Positions 8,988-18,446 of a stretch of 64,000 nucleotides of DNA are shown piece after piece. A program made the translations under genes and the position numbers. Source of the DNA: a virus. The stretch covers positions 2,909 to 66,908 of IMG/VR virus record IMGVR_UViG_3300045994_000147. One strand, given 5' to 3'. How positions within the stretch are numbered: the first letter of the stretch is position 1; the number at the start of each line of letters is the position of its first letter. The notes beneath the pieces are model-generated. The model was not told the origin of the DNA, did not search any database, and saw only the letters and a list, made by a program, of their open reading frames with translations.

Positions 8988-10614
8988 CTATGTAGAAAAC
9001 ATAGGGTGTAGTGAATGCGGTAGTTCAGATGCAGTAGGGGTCTATCAACGACCAGATGGCTCCCACTTTGGCAAATGCTTTAAGTGTGAACATGTACACC
9101 ATGATCCATATGGTAACAGAGAAGAGGTAAGTGAGTTCAAAGAGATTAAAGTTGAAAGTGTATACCCTAAGGGCGGTGGTTCAATAAACCCATTGATCAC
9201 TAGGGGTATAAGTAGAGAGGTATGTGAGAAGTTTGGAGTTGAGAGTATACTTGATAATAAAGGTATAGATATAGTTCACTTATACCCTCATACCTCCAAA
9301 GAAGGGAAGAGCGTTTGTATAAGAACAGTAGAGGACAAGAAGTTCTCTTGGAAAGATGCCACTAAATCAACTGAATTCTTTGGTCAGAGTATAGCTGGTG
9401 ATGGTGGCAAGATGATTATAGTAACTGAGGGAGCATGTGATGCTCTCGCAGCTACTGAAATGCTAATAAAATCTGGTAAATCCTATAGAGTAGTATCTAT
9501 AGTTAATGGGGCATCAGCAGCTGTAAAAGACTTTAAGAATAACTATGAATGGATTAATGGTTTCGAGAGCATCTTTATAGCATTTGATCAAGATGAACCC
9601 GGACAAAAAGCTGCTCATAAAGTAGCTGATATGTTCCCTCCTAACAAAGTTAAGAACATTGTTTTCTCAGAGAAGGATCCCAATGATCTACTACTGTCAG
9701 GAAAGTACAAGGAATTTCTATCGGCCATATTTGCAGCTAAGGAGTCAAGGCCAGATGGCATTGTATCAGTAGATGATTTGTATGACGAGGCAATCACCCC
9801 CCCTGTAATGGGTAAGTCATTCCCTTGGGAATCACTGACTGAAGTTACCTATGGCTATAGAACAGGGGAACTGTGGGGTATAGGTGCTGGCTCTGGTTGT
9901 GGTAAGACCGAATGGTTCAAGGAGATGATTAATCACACCATCTACTTCCATAATGAAGTGGCAGGTGTCATATTCCTAGAGGAACCAGCAGCCAAGACTC
10001 TTAAGGTACTAGCAGGTAAGAGGGTCAATAAGCGATTCCATATCCCACAGGATAAAGGGGGCGATTGGACTGTTGAAGAGCTGGTAGATGGTATTAATGA
10101 TCTGAAGGGGAAAGTATATCTTTATAATCACTTTGGTAGTAAAGACTGGGAGTCTATTAAGTCTAAGATCAGGTACATGGTTGTTGTACTTGGTGTTAAG
10201 AGCATCTTTCTAGATCATTTAACGGCATTGGTAGCACAGGAAGACAATGAGTATAAAGCACTTAACAAACTTATGGAAGAAATGTCAAGCCTCTGTCAGG
10301 AGTTGGATTGTACTATCTTTTACATATCTCACTTACGGAAAGCATCTGGCACACCCCATGAGGAGGGAGGCAGAGTCACGGCAGACCAGTTTAAGGGATC
10401 TGGCGCTATTGTGTTCTGGAGCAATTTTCTAATCGGCCTTGAGAGAAATCAGCAAGCCGAAGACAATGATGAAAAGAATACAACTACTCTTAGAGTTCTC
10501 AAAGACAGGAATACTGGTATTGCTACTGGTACTACTTTCAAATTGAAGTATAATCATAATACAGGAAGATGGGGTGAATTAGATGGCGATGAGTTTGACG
10601 AAGATTGGAACTGA
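8971..10614 (+). CDS. T7 gp4-like DNA primase/helicase
   Basis: Zn finger CSECGSSD...CFKC; TOPRIM TEGACDA/FDQDEPG; Walker A GAGSGCGKT; IFLDHL; ISHLRK; FKGSGAI. Confidence 0.95.
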   Translation: MKESNSYVENIGCSECGSSDAVGVYQRPDGSHFGKCFKCEHVHHDPYGNREEVSEFKEIKVESVYPKGGGSINPLITRGISREVCEKFGVESILDNKGIDIVHLYPHTSKEGKSVCIRTVEDKKFSWKDATKSTEFFGQSIAGDGGKMIIVTEGACDALAATEMLIKSGKSYRVVSIVNGASAAVKDFKNNYEWINGFESIFIAFDQDEPGQKAAHKVADMFPPNKVKNIVFSEKDPNDLLLSGKYKEFLSAIFAAKESRPDGIVSVDDLYDEAITPPVMGKSFPWESLTEVTYGYRTGELWGIGAGSGCGKTEWFKEMINHTIYFHNEVAGVIFLEEPAAKTLKVLAGKRVNKRFHIPQDKGGDWTVEELVDGINDLKGKVYLYNHFGSKDWESIKSKIRYMVVVLGVKSIFLDHLTALVAQEDNEYKALNKLMEEMSSLCQELDCTIFYISHLRKASGTPHEEGGRVTADQFKGSGAIVFWSNFLIGLERNQQAEDNDEKNTTTLRVLKDRNTGIATGTTFKLKYNHNTGRWGELDGDEFDEDWN

Positions 10615-10825
10615 TTTAGAGCTAATAGAACATGTGTTACCTCAGAAGGCACATAATCATTACTCTATTGTTTTGTACCGAGGTGATACTGAGCTATTTA
10701 CCTTGATTGATTTATTGACAAGGTGTAAAGAATATATTACTGCAAATTTCCCAGATGCATATAATATATACTATGATAGAGATGAAGATCTTATATCCTT
10801 TGACTCACCGAAGGTAAACAAATGA
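10583..10825 (+). CDS. hypothetical protein
   Basis: Overlapping ORF in operon. Confidence 0.5.
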   Translation: MAMSLTKIGTDLELIEHVLPQKAHNHYSIVLYRGDTELFTLIDLLTRCKEYITANFPDAYNIYYDRDEDLISFDSPKVNK

Positions 10826-11028
10826 AAGAAACAACTATAGTAAGTGTAGCGGTTGAATTAGGAGAAGAGTATTTATACTTCACAAGCAAATCTGACTTTG
10901 TAACTAAGATGAAAGGGATGGCAGATTTGCTACCAGAAAGCGCACAGGGTATAGTCTTACGTATAGCTTATTCAGGTGGAATGTCCGATGAGATGTATTA
11001 TGATTATGAGAAGGAATCAAATGAGTGA
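10822..11028 (+). CDS. hypothetical protein
   Basis: ATGA overlap, AAGGT RBS. Confidence 0.55.
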   Translation: MKETTIVSVAVELGEEYLYFTSKSDFVTKMKGMADLLPESAQGIVLRIAYSGGMSDEMYYDYEKESNE

Positions 11029-11179
11029 CCTTGATGAGTGTAGGGCCCTATTGAAGCATATATACTACCAACTGCCATTAGTAGCTGATGTATATGAGTA
11101 CCGTAGGGTTAAAGAGTTGCGTGATAAAATAGATCTGCTATTAAACTCTTATAAAAATAAGGAATCAAATGACAATTAG
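11021..11179 (+). CDS. hypothetical protein
   Basis: Start re-called to ATG11021 after AAGGA RBS (MSDLDEC...). Confidence 0.5.
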   Translation: MSDLDECRALLKHIYYQLPLVADVYEYRRVKELRDKIDLLLNSYKNKESNDN

Positions 11180-11495
11180 AAATGATGGGATTATAGTACG
11201 GCAACTCTTCTTACTCATTGAGAAAGAGAAGTATGATAAGCGTCTATTGGATCTACTATCAGAAACTGTAGATAAATCTTGGTATCAAGACTCTTGTGGC
11301 GGAGGGGACACAAGTTTACACATACAATTCAAGAACGGTATACAAGCAGCCATCTTTAAGAACTTAGACCACAATAATCTATACCTATCCGATGAGTTAT
11401 TCTATATGGACAGTGAGACATCAGACTCTAAGATCTCTGATGATCGGCTGTTATTGTATCTTAATAATATAGGACAATATAAATATGGTCACTAA
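11169..11495 (+). CDS. hypothetical protein
   Basis: AAGGA RBS; coupled to next gene. Confidence 0.55.
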   Translation: MTIRNDGIIVRQLFLLIEKEKYDKRLLDLLSETVDKSWYQDSCGGGDTSLHIQFKNGIQAAIFKNLDHNNLYLSDELFYMDSETSDSKISDDRLLLYLNNIGQYKYGH

Positions 11496-12034
11496 TGTAC
11501 AAAAGTGAGGTGGTATGGGACTTAGAGGCTAATGGTCTCATAAAAGACTCAACTGAGGTCTGGTGTATATCTTTAAAAGATATAACAAATGGCCAGAAGT
11601 TTAATCTAAATGGTAGTAACCTTACTAGGAGAGAGGTACTACGCCATTTTGAAGGGGTTACCAATATCATAGGACACAATATCATAGCGTTCGATATACC
11701 AATGATTAAGAAGTTCTATGACATTGATTTAATTGAACTTTTAGGTAGAGATAAGATAACTGATACCCTCCTTTGGAGTCAAGTGCTCTACCCAGATCGA
11801 CCAATGCCAAGGGGCTGTCCTACTTCCATAACCAACCCAGTCACTAAGAAGTCCAAGAAGATTGGGCCTCATGGCTTGGAGGCATGGGGATATAGGGTCG
11901 GCCATAAGAAGATAGAGATACACGACTGGTTAACATACACACCTGATATATTAGATAGATGCGATGTTGACGTTGACATTAATGAATTAGTTTACTATGA
12001 GCTTCTAAAGGAAGCGGGGATAAGATGTGATTAA
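11495..12034 (+). CDS. 3'-5' exonuclease domain of a split family A DNA polymerase
   Basis: ExoI WDLEANGL, ExoII GHNIIAFDIP, DTL, HGLEAWGYRVG, ExoIII-like RCDVDV; T7 gp5 N-terminus-like. Confidence 0.9.
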   Translation: MYKSEVVWDLEANGLIKDSTEVWCISLKDITNGQKFNLNGSNLTRREVLRHFEGVTNIIGHNIIAFDIPMIKKFYDIDLIELLGRDKITDTLLWSQVLYPDRPMPRGCPTSITNPVTKKSKKIGPHGLEAWGYRVGHKKIEIHDWLTYTPDILDRCDVDVDINELVYYELLKEAGIRCD

Positions 12035-12860
12035 GATATATTACCCAAATGGGGAAGAGGAAGAGGTAGGTGGTACTACTTTCACAGGTGGTGAAGAGCA
12101 CATTAACCTAAAGAAGAGGGTACTTGTTAGCAACTGGCCTATACTGATAACAGCTAGAAGTGTGACATCCTCTGAGATAATTAGAATACTACTAGTAACT
12201 GATGCCCTTAGAAGGTACTACCCAAACGACATCAACCTCTCCTTACCTTACCTACCATATGCTCGTCAGGATAGAGCGTGTAATGAGGGTGATGCATTTA
12301 GCCTAGAGGTCTTCGCTAATATCATAAACTCACAGAACTATAAGACAATCTTTACTATAGATACCCATAGTCCTGTAGCCGCTAAGTTAATAAGAAACTT
12401 ACATGTTAACCCTGCTGATCAAAGCGTTGTATCTATACCTACTTATTATGATTACTTTGTAGCCCCAGATAAAGGTGCTGTAAGTAGAGTAGAGAGTTGT
12501 GCAGCCTTATGGAACTTACGGTATCATAATAACCCAGTGGGAATTGTTACTGGTACTAAAACTAGAGATGTTACCAATGGTAATTTAGTATATGACCCAT
12601 TAGTTTGCCCTGATCTAACCGGAAAGAAGTGCCTAATAGTTGACGATATTTGTGATGGAGGTATGACATTTATCCTATTGGCTAAAGAATTAAAGAGGAA
12701 GGGTGCAGAATCAATAGATCTGTATGTATCTCATGGTATATTTAGTAGAGGTACTGAAGTTCTATGGGAAGCTGGTATAGATAAGATATACACAACAGAC
12801 TCTATATACAATAGAGCTCGTCAACTTAACAATGTAACAGTAATAATAGCATCACTATGA
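12027..12860 (+). CDS. ribose-phosphate pyrophosphokinase-like protein (candidate Adps of NARP1)
   Basis: FTGGEEH, PYLPYARQDR, DTHS, APDKGA, IVDDICDGGMTF and VSHGIFS motifs. Confidence 0.9.
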   Translation: MIKIYYPNGEEEEVGGTTFTGGEEHINLKKRVLVSNWPILITARSVTSSEIIRILLVTDALRRYYPNDINLSLPYLPYARQDRACNEGDAFSLEVFANIINSQNYKTIFTIDTHSPVAAKLIRNLHVNPADQSVVSIPTYYDYFVAPDKGAVSRVESCAALWNLRYHNNPVGIVTGTKTRDVTNGNLVYDPLVCPDLTGKKCLIVDDICDGGMTFILLAKELKRKGAESIDLYVSHGIFSRGTEVLWEAGIDKIYTTDSIYNRARQLNNVTVIIASL

Positions 12861-14320
12861 GCCCAATAAACCACAAAGACGCATATAAAATCGGACACAT
12901 CAATCAATATCCTACTGGTACTACTGAAGTCTACTCTAACTTTACAGCACGATCAGGTAAGTTATCTAATGTACCTGGATCTACAGGTATCTATTTTGTA
13001 GGCTTACAACACTTCCTCAAATCCTATCTAATTGATGATTGGAATAATAACTTCTTCCTTAAACCTAAAGAGGAGGTATTACGGAAGTATAAGAGAAGAG
13101 TCTCCAATATCTTAGGGTACGATGTAAATGTAGATCACATTGGCTCCCTGCATGATTTAGGGTTCTTACCTGTAAGAATTAAATCATTACCAGAGGGCAC
13201 ATTCGTACCTTATGGCGTCCCTATGTTAACTATTAAGAACACTATCCCAGAGTTCTATTGGGTTACTAACATGTTAGAGAGTGTTCTTTCCTCTGAATTG
13301 TGGCAACCTATTACTTCAGCTACCACCTATATGGCTTACAGAAAGATCTGTGAGAAGTATGCTGATATGACAGGTGTTGATAGAGGGTTTGTAGGATATC
13401 AGACCCATGACTTCTCCTTTAGAGGTATGCCGGGTAAGGAGCCAGCAGCTAAGTCTGGGGCAGCTGTGTTAGCTATGGGTTGTTTAGGTACTGATTGTGT
13501 TAGTGCTATTGATCTATTGGAAGATTACTATGAAGCTGATTCAGATAAGGAAGTAATTGGACAATCAGTTAATGCCACCGAACATAGTGTAATGTGCTCA
13601 GGTGGTAAGGAAGAGGAGTTAGATACTTATAAGCGGCTATTGACAGAAGTGTATCCTAGTGGTATAGTGGCTATAGTTAGCGACACATGGGACTTCTGGA
13701 ATGTAGTAACTAATACCTTACCTGCCTTAAAAGATATCATCTTAGGTAGAGATGGCAAATTAGTTATTAGACCTGACTCCGGTAATCCAGTGGATATTGT
13801 TTGTGGTAGTGTAGATGCTGGTAGTGTAGCAGAAGCTAAGGGTCTTATCGAGTGTTTATGGGATACCTTTGGTGGTACTATAAATGATAAAGGTTATAAG
13901 GTTTTAGATAGTCACATTGGAGCTATCTATGGAGAAGCAATTACCCTCCAAAGGGCTGAAGAGATATTGAGTAAGCTTGAGGCTAAGGGCTTTGCCTCCT
14001 CTAATATCGTATTTGGTGTTGGTTCTTACACCTACCAAATGGTTACTCGTGATACTCACGGTATGGCTATGAAGAGTACTAATGTTGTAATCAATGGTAA
14101 GAGTACACCTATCTTTAAAGATCCTAAGACAGATGGCGGTTTAAAGAAGAGTGCTAAGGGGCTATTATATGTTACCTCAGAAAAGGGTGTACTGAAATTA
14201 GTGGATGAAGCTAGTAGACAAGAAGAGAAATACGGTTTACTCCAAACAACGTTTTGTAACAGCTTATTATTTAACGAAACAACTTTAAAAAGAATAAGAG
14301 GAGTAGTAAATGACCAATAA
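12857..14320 (+). CDS. nicotinamide phosphoribosyltransferase-like protein (candidate Namat of NARP1)
   Basis: DAYKIGH, HDFSFRG, ATEHSVMC, VSDTWD, IRPDSG, GVGSYTYQ and KKSAKG motifs. Confidence 0.92.
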   Translation: MSPINHKDAYKIGHINQYPTGTTEVYSNFTARSGKLSNVPGSTGIYFVGLQHFLKSYLIDDWNNNFFLKPKEEVLRKYKRRVSNILGYDVNVDHIGSLHDLGFLPVRIKSLPEGTFVPYGVPMLTIKNTIPEFYWVTNMLESVLSSELWQPITSATTYMAYRKICEKYADMTGVDRGFVGYQTHDFSFRGMPGKEPAAKSGAAVLAMGCLGTDCVSAIDLLEDYYEADSDKEVIGQSVNATEHSVMCSGGKEEELDTYKRLLTEVYPSGIVAIVSDTWDFWNVVTNTLPALKDIILGRDGKLVIRPDSGNPVDIVCGSVDAGSVAEAKGLIECLWDTFGGTINDKGYKVLDSHIGAIYGEAITLQRAEEILSKLEAKGFASSNIVFGVGSYTYQMVTRDTHGMAMKSTNVVINGKSTPIFKDPKTDGGLKKSAKGLLYVTSEKGVLKLVDEASRQEEKYGLLQTTFCNSLLFNETTLKRIRGVVNDQ

Positions 14321-15347
14321 ACATTACAGATACCACTCAATCAAACAGTTTAGAGAAGTATACAAGCAAGTACAGAAAGACACAGCATTCGTAGGGTTCG
14401 GTGATAATGGTGATCCAATAGAAGATTGGCATAAACCACTGCCAATATTAACTTTCACTGGATCTGAGAAGTTGCATGGGACTAATGCAGCCATCGGGAT
14501 TAATAGTGATGGAACCTTCTGGGTACAGAGTAGAGAGAGGATTATTACTCCAGAGTCAGATAATGCTGGATTCGCCCAGTGGGTGTATGGGAATACAGCT
14601 TTAGTTGTTAGTTTATATAATAGGTTATTTGATGCTTACCTTAAAAGCTCGGATGTTAAGGTTATAGTATACGGAGAGTGGTGTGGGGCTAACATACAAC
14701 CACAAGTGGCTTTATCTAAATTACCTAAAATGTTCGTAGTGTTCGATATTAAGTGGGTAGTTGGTGATGAGGAAGGTTGGGTGGGTCATGAAGAGATTAA
14801 AGGTGCCATGGCTGGATTATTACATACTGTCTATGATTTCCCTACATACTCAATCACCATCGACTTCGATAACCCCGATGATTCCGTTAATGAGCTTATT
14901 AGAATCACAGATAAAATTGAGTCTTGTAGCCCATTGGCTAAAGAATTGGGGGCATTGGGCATAGGGGAGGGAGCGGTATGGAAATGTGGTGATTACATCT
15001 TTAAGGTAAAAGGTAAGCTACACTCAGCATCACATACCAAACAATTAGTAGGTATTGATGTAGAGAGAGTAGCTACAATTAAGGAGTGTGTTGATAGGAT
15101 TGTTAGTGAGAACCGATTGAAGCAAGGGGTTGATGAACTAATAGCTAATGGCATCGCTATTGATAATAAGGCGATCAAACCATTCATCGACTGGGTTAAG
15201 AATGATTGTATCAAAGAGGAGATGGATGTAATAGTTGAATCAGGATTAGAAGTAAAGGATACTATTAAATTCATTAGTGACAGGGCTAAGACCTATTTTA
15301 TTGAAGAAGTATTGAGGAAATTAGATGACAAAAGTAAATTTATATGA
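14310..15347 (+). CDS. RNA ligase (Rnl2-like nucleotidyltransferase)
   Basis: Motif I EKLHGTN, QSR, YGEWCG, FDIK, GEGAVW and FKVKG. Confidence 0.8.
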   Translation: MTNKHYRYHSIKQFREVYKQVQKDTAFVGFGDNGDPIEDWHKPLPILTFTGSEKLHGTNAAIGINSDGTFWVQSRERIITPESDNAGFAQWVYGNTALVVSLYNRLFDAYLKSSDVKVIVYGEWCGANIQPQVALSKLPKMFVVFDIKWVVGDEEGWVGHEEIKGAMAGLLHTVYDFPTYSITIDFDNPDDSVNELIRITDKIESCSPLAKELGALGIGEGAVWKCGDYIFKVKGKLHSASHTKQLVGIDVERVATIKECVDRIVSENRLKQGVDELIANGIAIDNKAIKPFIDWVKNDCIKEEMDVIVESGLEVKDTIKFISDRAKTYFIEEVLRKLDDKSKFI

Positions 15348-15528
15348 TGTTCCAAGAAGATCTTTCATTAAAGTACAATGTGAGAATGGCGAGGCTGTCA
15401 TTAGGTTTAATAGATTAGATGGAGCCTACTCATATTGTGTTACTAAAGATGGAGGTGTACTACATCTAAGTGCATCCGCGCCAGTGGAAATTGTATCTAA
15501 ACCGGAGGATTGGGGTGACAATAATTGA
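15325..15528 (+). CDS. hypothetical protein
   Basis: GAGG RBS; LDGAYSYC motif. Confidence 0.55.
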   Translation: MTKVNLYDVPRRSFIKVQCENGEAVIRFNRLDGAYSYCVTKDGGVLHLSASAPVEIVSKPEDWGDNN

Positions 15529-15623
15529 TTTTTTACATATACATGCAGATGGTCTGGGGTTTCTAATAGCATTTGTAGCTACTATCAGATCCCTTCAGGC
15601 AGTATTTGTAACAGCTATTAATA

Positions 15624-16494
15624 GTGGCTAAGATAGAGTGGGTAGAGGCTTTAGAGCTGGAGAGAGATGTCTCTATCCTAATAAGAGAACAAGAGAGAAG
15701 TGGTATATACTTTGATCTAGGTAAAGCCCACTATTTCGTATCTCTCCTAGAGAGGATGAAGGCTGAGAAGTATGCTCTTATTAGGCCGCATTTAAACTAT
15801 GAAGTCATCATAAAAGAGAGTAAGGACAAGAGAGAAGACAGTGAAGATGAATACAATTTTGTTAGAAGCATTAGGCTTAAAAACGGTCAATACTCTGCTC
15901 CAGTTATTAATTGGTATACTGATCCTACAATCGTTGACGGGCCATTTAGTCGTATCACCATTGAGGAACCTTCGATCTCAAAGCGTGGCCTCATTATTAA
16001 CCAACTCCTAAAGTACGGATGGAAACCTGATCTATTTACTGAGAAAGGCTTCCCTAAGTTAACTGAGAAAGGAGAACCTGTAGATACCCTAGAGAAGGTA
16101 GGGGACTTTGGTAAAGACCTGAGCTTGTGGTATGTATATAACCATAGGCAATCACAGATCAAAGGGTTCCTGAAGCATGTTGATGGTAGAAGTAGAATAT
16201 CAGCACAGATGAATACCTGTGGTACCAATACCTTCAGGGCAGCCCATAAGGTTGTGGCTAATATACCTAGGCCAACATCAGTCTTCGGTAAGGAGATGAG
16301 GTCTCTTTTCTCTGTTGGCGAGGGTAGGAAGTTTGTTGGTGCTGATCTATCTGGTTTAGAATTGAGAATGTTGGCTCACCATATGAATGATGATGAGTAT
16401 ATAGAGCAGATTCTAACAAGTGATATACATCTCTACAACTTAAGTATGGGATCTCCTTTCTTAACTACCAGAGATCAAGCTAAGACATTCATCT
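15624..16494 (+). CDS. polA: family A DNA polymerase, polymerase domain, exon 1
   Basis: GTNTFRAAH, NIP, motif A GADLSGLELRMLAH, DIH; motif B RDQAKTFI broken at the intron. Confidence 0.92.
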
Positions 16495-16598
16495 GAACTA
16501 ACGGATGACTTGGGAGTAATCCCTCGATTAAAACTCATTGAATTCAGGGGAACTCTTTATAAGACAATCCTGAGCTAAGCTAAAAAGTTAATTAGACA

Positions 16599-16625
16599 TT
16601 CAGGTTTATAAGATTGTGCCGATAT
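16599..16625 (+). promoter_or_regulatory. weaker sigma-28-like promoter inside the intron, upstream of the homing endonuclease
   Basis: TTCAGGTT-N11-GCCGATAT, then AGGA RBS and ATG16657. Confidence 0.5.
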
Positions 16626-16656
16626 GTATTATGATTTTAATATAATTAGGAAAACT

Positions 16657-17160
16657 ATGGTAACTTATATATCTGGAAATAAACCACAATCTGAAATGAC
16701 ATCTACTCCAAGTAAATACCCACAAGGTTATTTCAAAGAGAAGCGTTGTAAAGAGTGTGGTAGCATTTTTAAACCTGAAGCCCCTAGCCACATCTATTGC
16801 TCTCAAGGGTGTGTAGATATAGGGACAACCTCTGCATACCTAAAGCGTAATTATAATATAGATAGCAAAGAGTATAATAGATTATACCATAATCAAAATG
16901 GATTGTGTGCTATTTGTAATGAACCTGGCTTTACTATGGCAAAACATCATAAAGTAAAGATAGTTGTGGATCACTGTCATACTACTGGTGCTATTAGGGG
17001 ATTACTATGTCATAATTGTAATAGAGCACTTGGGCTATTAAAAGATGATATTAATGTAATTAAAAATGCAATTAACTATTTAGAAAGTGCAACGACTATC
17101 CCTTCGGGGAGTACATCACAAGTTAATGGTGATGGAAGCGGTGAGCACCTAGGTAACTAG
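16657..17160 (+). CDS. intron-encoded homing endonuclease (Endo VII-like)
   Basis: CKEC...YCSQGC Zn motif; QNGLCAIC...VDHCHTTGAIRGLLCHNCNRALG; start re-called to ATG16657 after AGGA. Confidence 0.88.
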   Translation: MVTYISGNKPQSEMTSTPSKYPQGYFKEKRCKECGSIFKPEAPSHIYCSQGCVDIGTTSAYLKRNYNIDSKEYNRLYHNQNGLCAICNEPGFTMAKHHKVKIVVDHCHTTGAIRGLLCHNCNRALGLLKDDINVIKNAINYLESATTIPSGSTSQVNGDGSGEHLGN

Positions 17161-17247
17161 GTTGATGATATAGTCTATTCTGTATAGAGATATGCAGCAG
17201 TTCATAAGAGAACGGGTTATGCCTTACGAGCATGATTGAATATAAAG

Positions 17248-17738
17248 ATATGTTTGTATATGGAGGTGGAGATGAGAAAGCAGGTAAAGTTATCAATGGA
17301 AATAGATCCAAAGGTAAGTCCCTAAAAGAGAAGTTTTTATCCTCTCTACCAGCGTTAGACAAGCTTATTAACAAGTGTAAAGCCTTTGCTAAGAGTCATG
17401 GGTGGCTGCCTGCTATTGATGGTAGAAAGATCTATGTTCGATCGTTTGAAGGTAAGATACTAGAGCACACAGCCCTTAATTGTCTATTACAAGCTAATGG
17501 TTCCATAATAGCTAAGAGGGCTATGGTAATAGCTAATAGAGAAGTAAAGAAAAGAGGATTAGATGCCTTTCAGATCTTATTCTATCATGATGAGTTTGCT
17601 TATGATTCTGCCGAGTCTTGTGCAGAGGAAGTAGGGAATATTCTAATTGATTCTATGAAGCTGGCAGGTGAATATTATAACTTAAAGATACCTATCTCTG
17701 GAGAGTATGGTATTGGTAATGATTGGAGTATACATTAA
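17248..17738 (+). CDS. polA: family A DNA polymerase, exon 2
   Basis: YGGG, IDGRK, ALNCLLQANG and motif C YHDE. Confidence 0.92.
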
Positions 17739-17968
17739 TGATGGATCCTAGCATAAAAGTAACTAGGCTAAAGAAAGGGCTATATGGTATTAGGTGTTAC
17801 TCCCCGTCTGGAAACCTCTTTATGGAAACAACAGTAAAGAGTAAGATTGAAATATCTCCAGCGTGTAGAGATCTATTAAGATGGTGGGATAAGTCAGGAG
17901 GCTCATCGGTGTATGCATCTAAGTCCAGGCACAGGTTAACTTTAAAAGGTAATAAAAATGTATTGTAA
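17738..17968 (+). CDS. hypothetical protein
   Basis: TAATG-coupled to the polymerase stop. Confidence 0.55.
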   Translation: MMDPSIKVTRLKKGLYGIRCYSPSGNLFMETTVKSKIEISPACRDLLRWWDKSGGSSVYASKSRHRLTLKGNKNVL

Positions 17969-18156
17969 AGATTGTAAGATGTGGGGTCTAGAGGACGGTG
18001 ATTGTCTATTAGCTGAGTGGGAAAGATAAGAGGAATATCCCAAGGGGATCAGAACTTACTATTTATGCTGATGCTCATGATGATTCTGGTCTTTGTGCTG
18101 GAATTAGGACAGGGCCGCTGTTTGGATGTATTAGATTTGAGGCTAGAACTAAATGA
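17958..18156 (+). pseudogene. frameshifted small Cys-rich ORF
   Basis: MYCKDCKMW...EWER stops at TAA18027; the +1 frame continues DKRNIP...DDSGL...TGPLFGC to TGA18156, which overlaps the next ATG. Confidence 0.5.
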
Positions 18157-18266
18157 AACTAATAAAACTATTAGGTACTGTAATAGCTATAGTAACAATT
18201 AGTGTAGTTACAGGTATCCTTTGGCCAATTACACTATTACCTAACAATAGGGTTTGAATAAAACAC

Positions 18267-18294
18267 TTGACAAATGAGGAAAGTATGGTAGACT
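18267..18294 (+). promoter_or_regulatory. sigma-70 promoter
   Basis: TTGACA-N16-TAGACT with TG extension, upstream of the SSB gene. Confidence 0.65.
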
Positions 18295-18446
18295 ATGTAA
18301 AGTTGGATACGGAAGAGTTCCTTAGTAGGACTTCTTACCAAGCTTCAGTGGAAGATCTAGAGAACTCAGGGTCAGATATAGACTCATGGGATTATTGGGA
18401 CGACCAAGAAGATATTAATAATTTTTTAAATAAATAAGGAAAAATA

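Larger units (their letters stand above)
16495..17247 (+). mobile_element. group I self-splicing intron (753 nt) in DNA polymerase
   Basis: P1 TCATCT/GGATGA with U-G wobble at T16494; core elements AATTCAGGGGAA, AATCCTGAGC, CAACGACTA and GATATAGTCT; terminal G17247; splicing restores AKTFI-Y-MFVYGGG in frame. Confidence 0.92.

Noticed and set aside
16494-16496. TGA readthrough or alternative genetic code in the polymerase
   Set aside because: The intron explains the stop, and other genes are intact in the standard code
17232-17247. ATG17232 as an independent start for the polymerase C-terminal part
   Set aside because: MIEYK lies within the intron 3' end; splicing restores motif B
18017-18202. 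Track ORF MGKIRGIS...
   Set aside because: Overlaps two better-coupled frames (the frameshifted Cys-rich ORF and an ORF from ATG18153)
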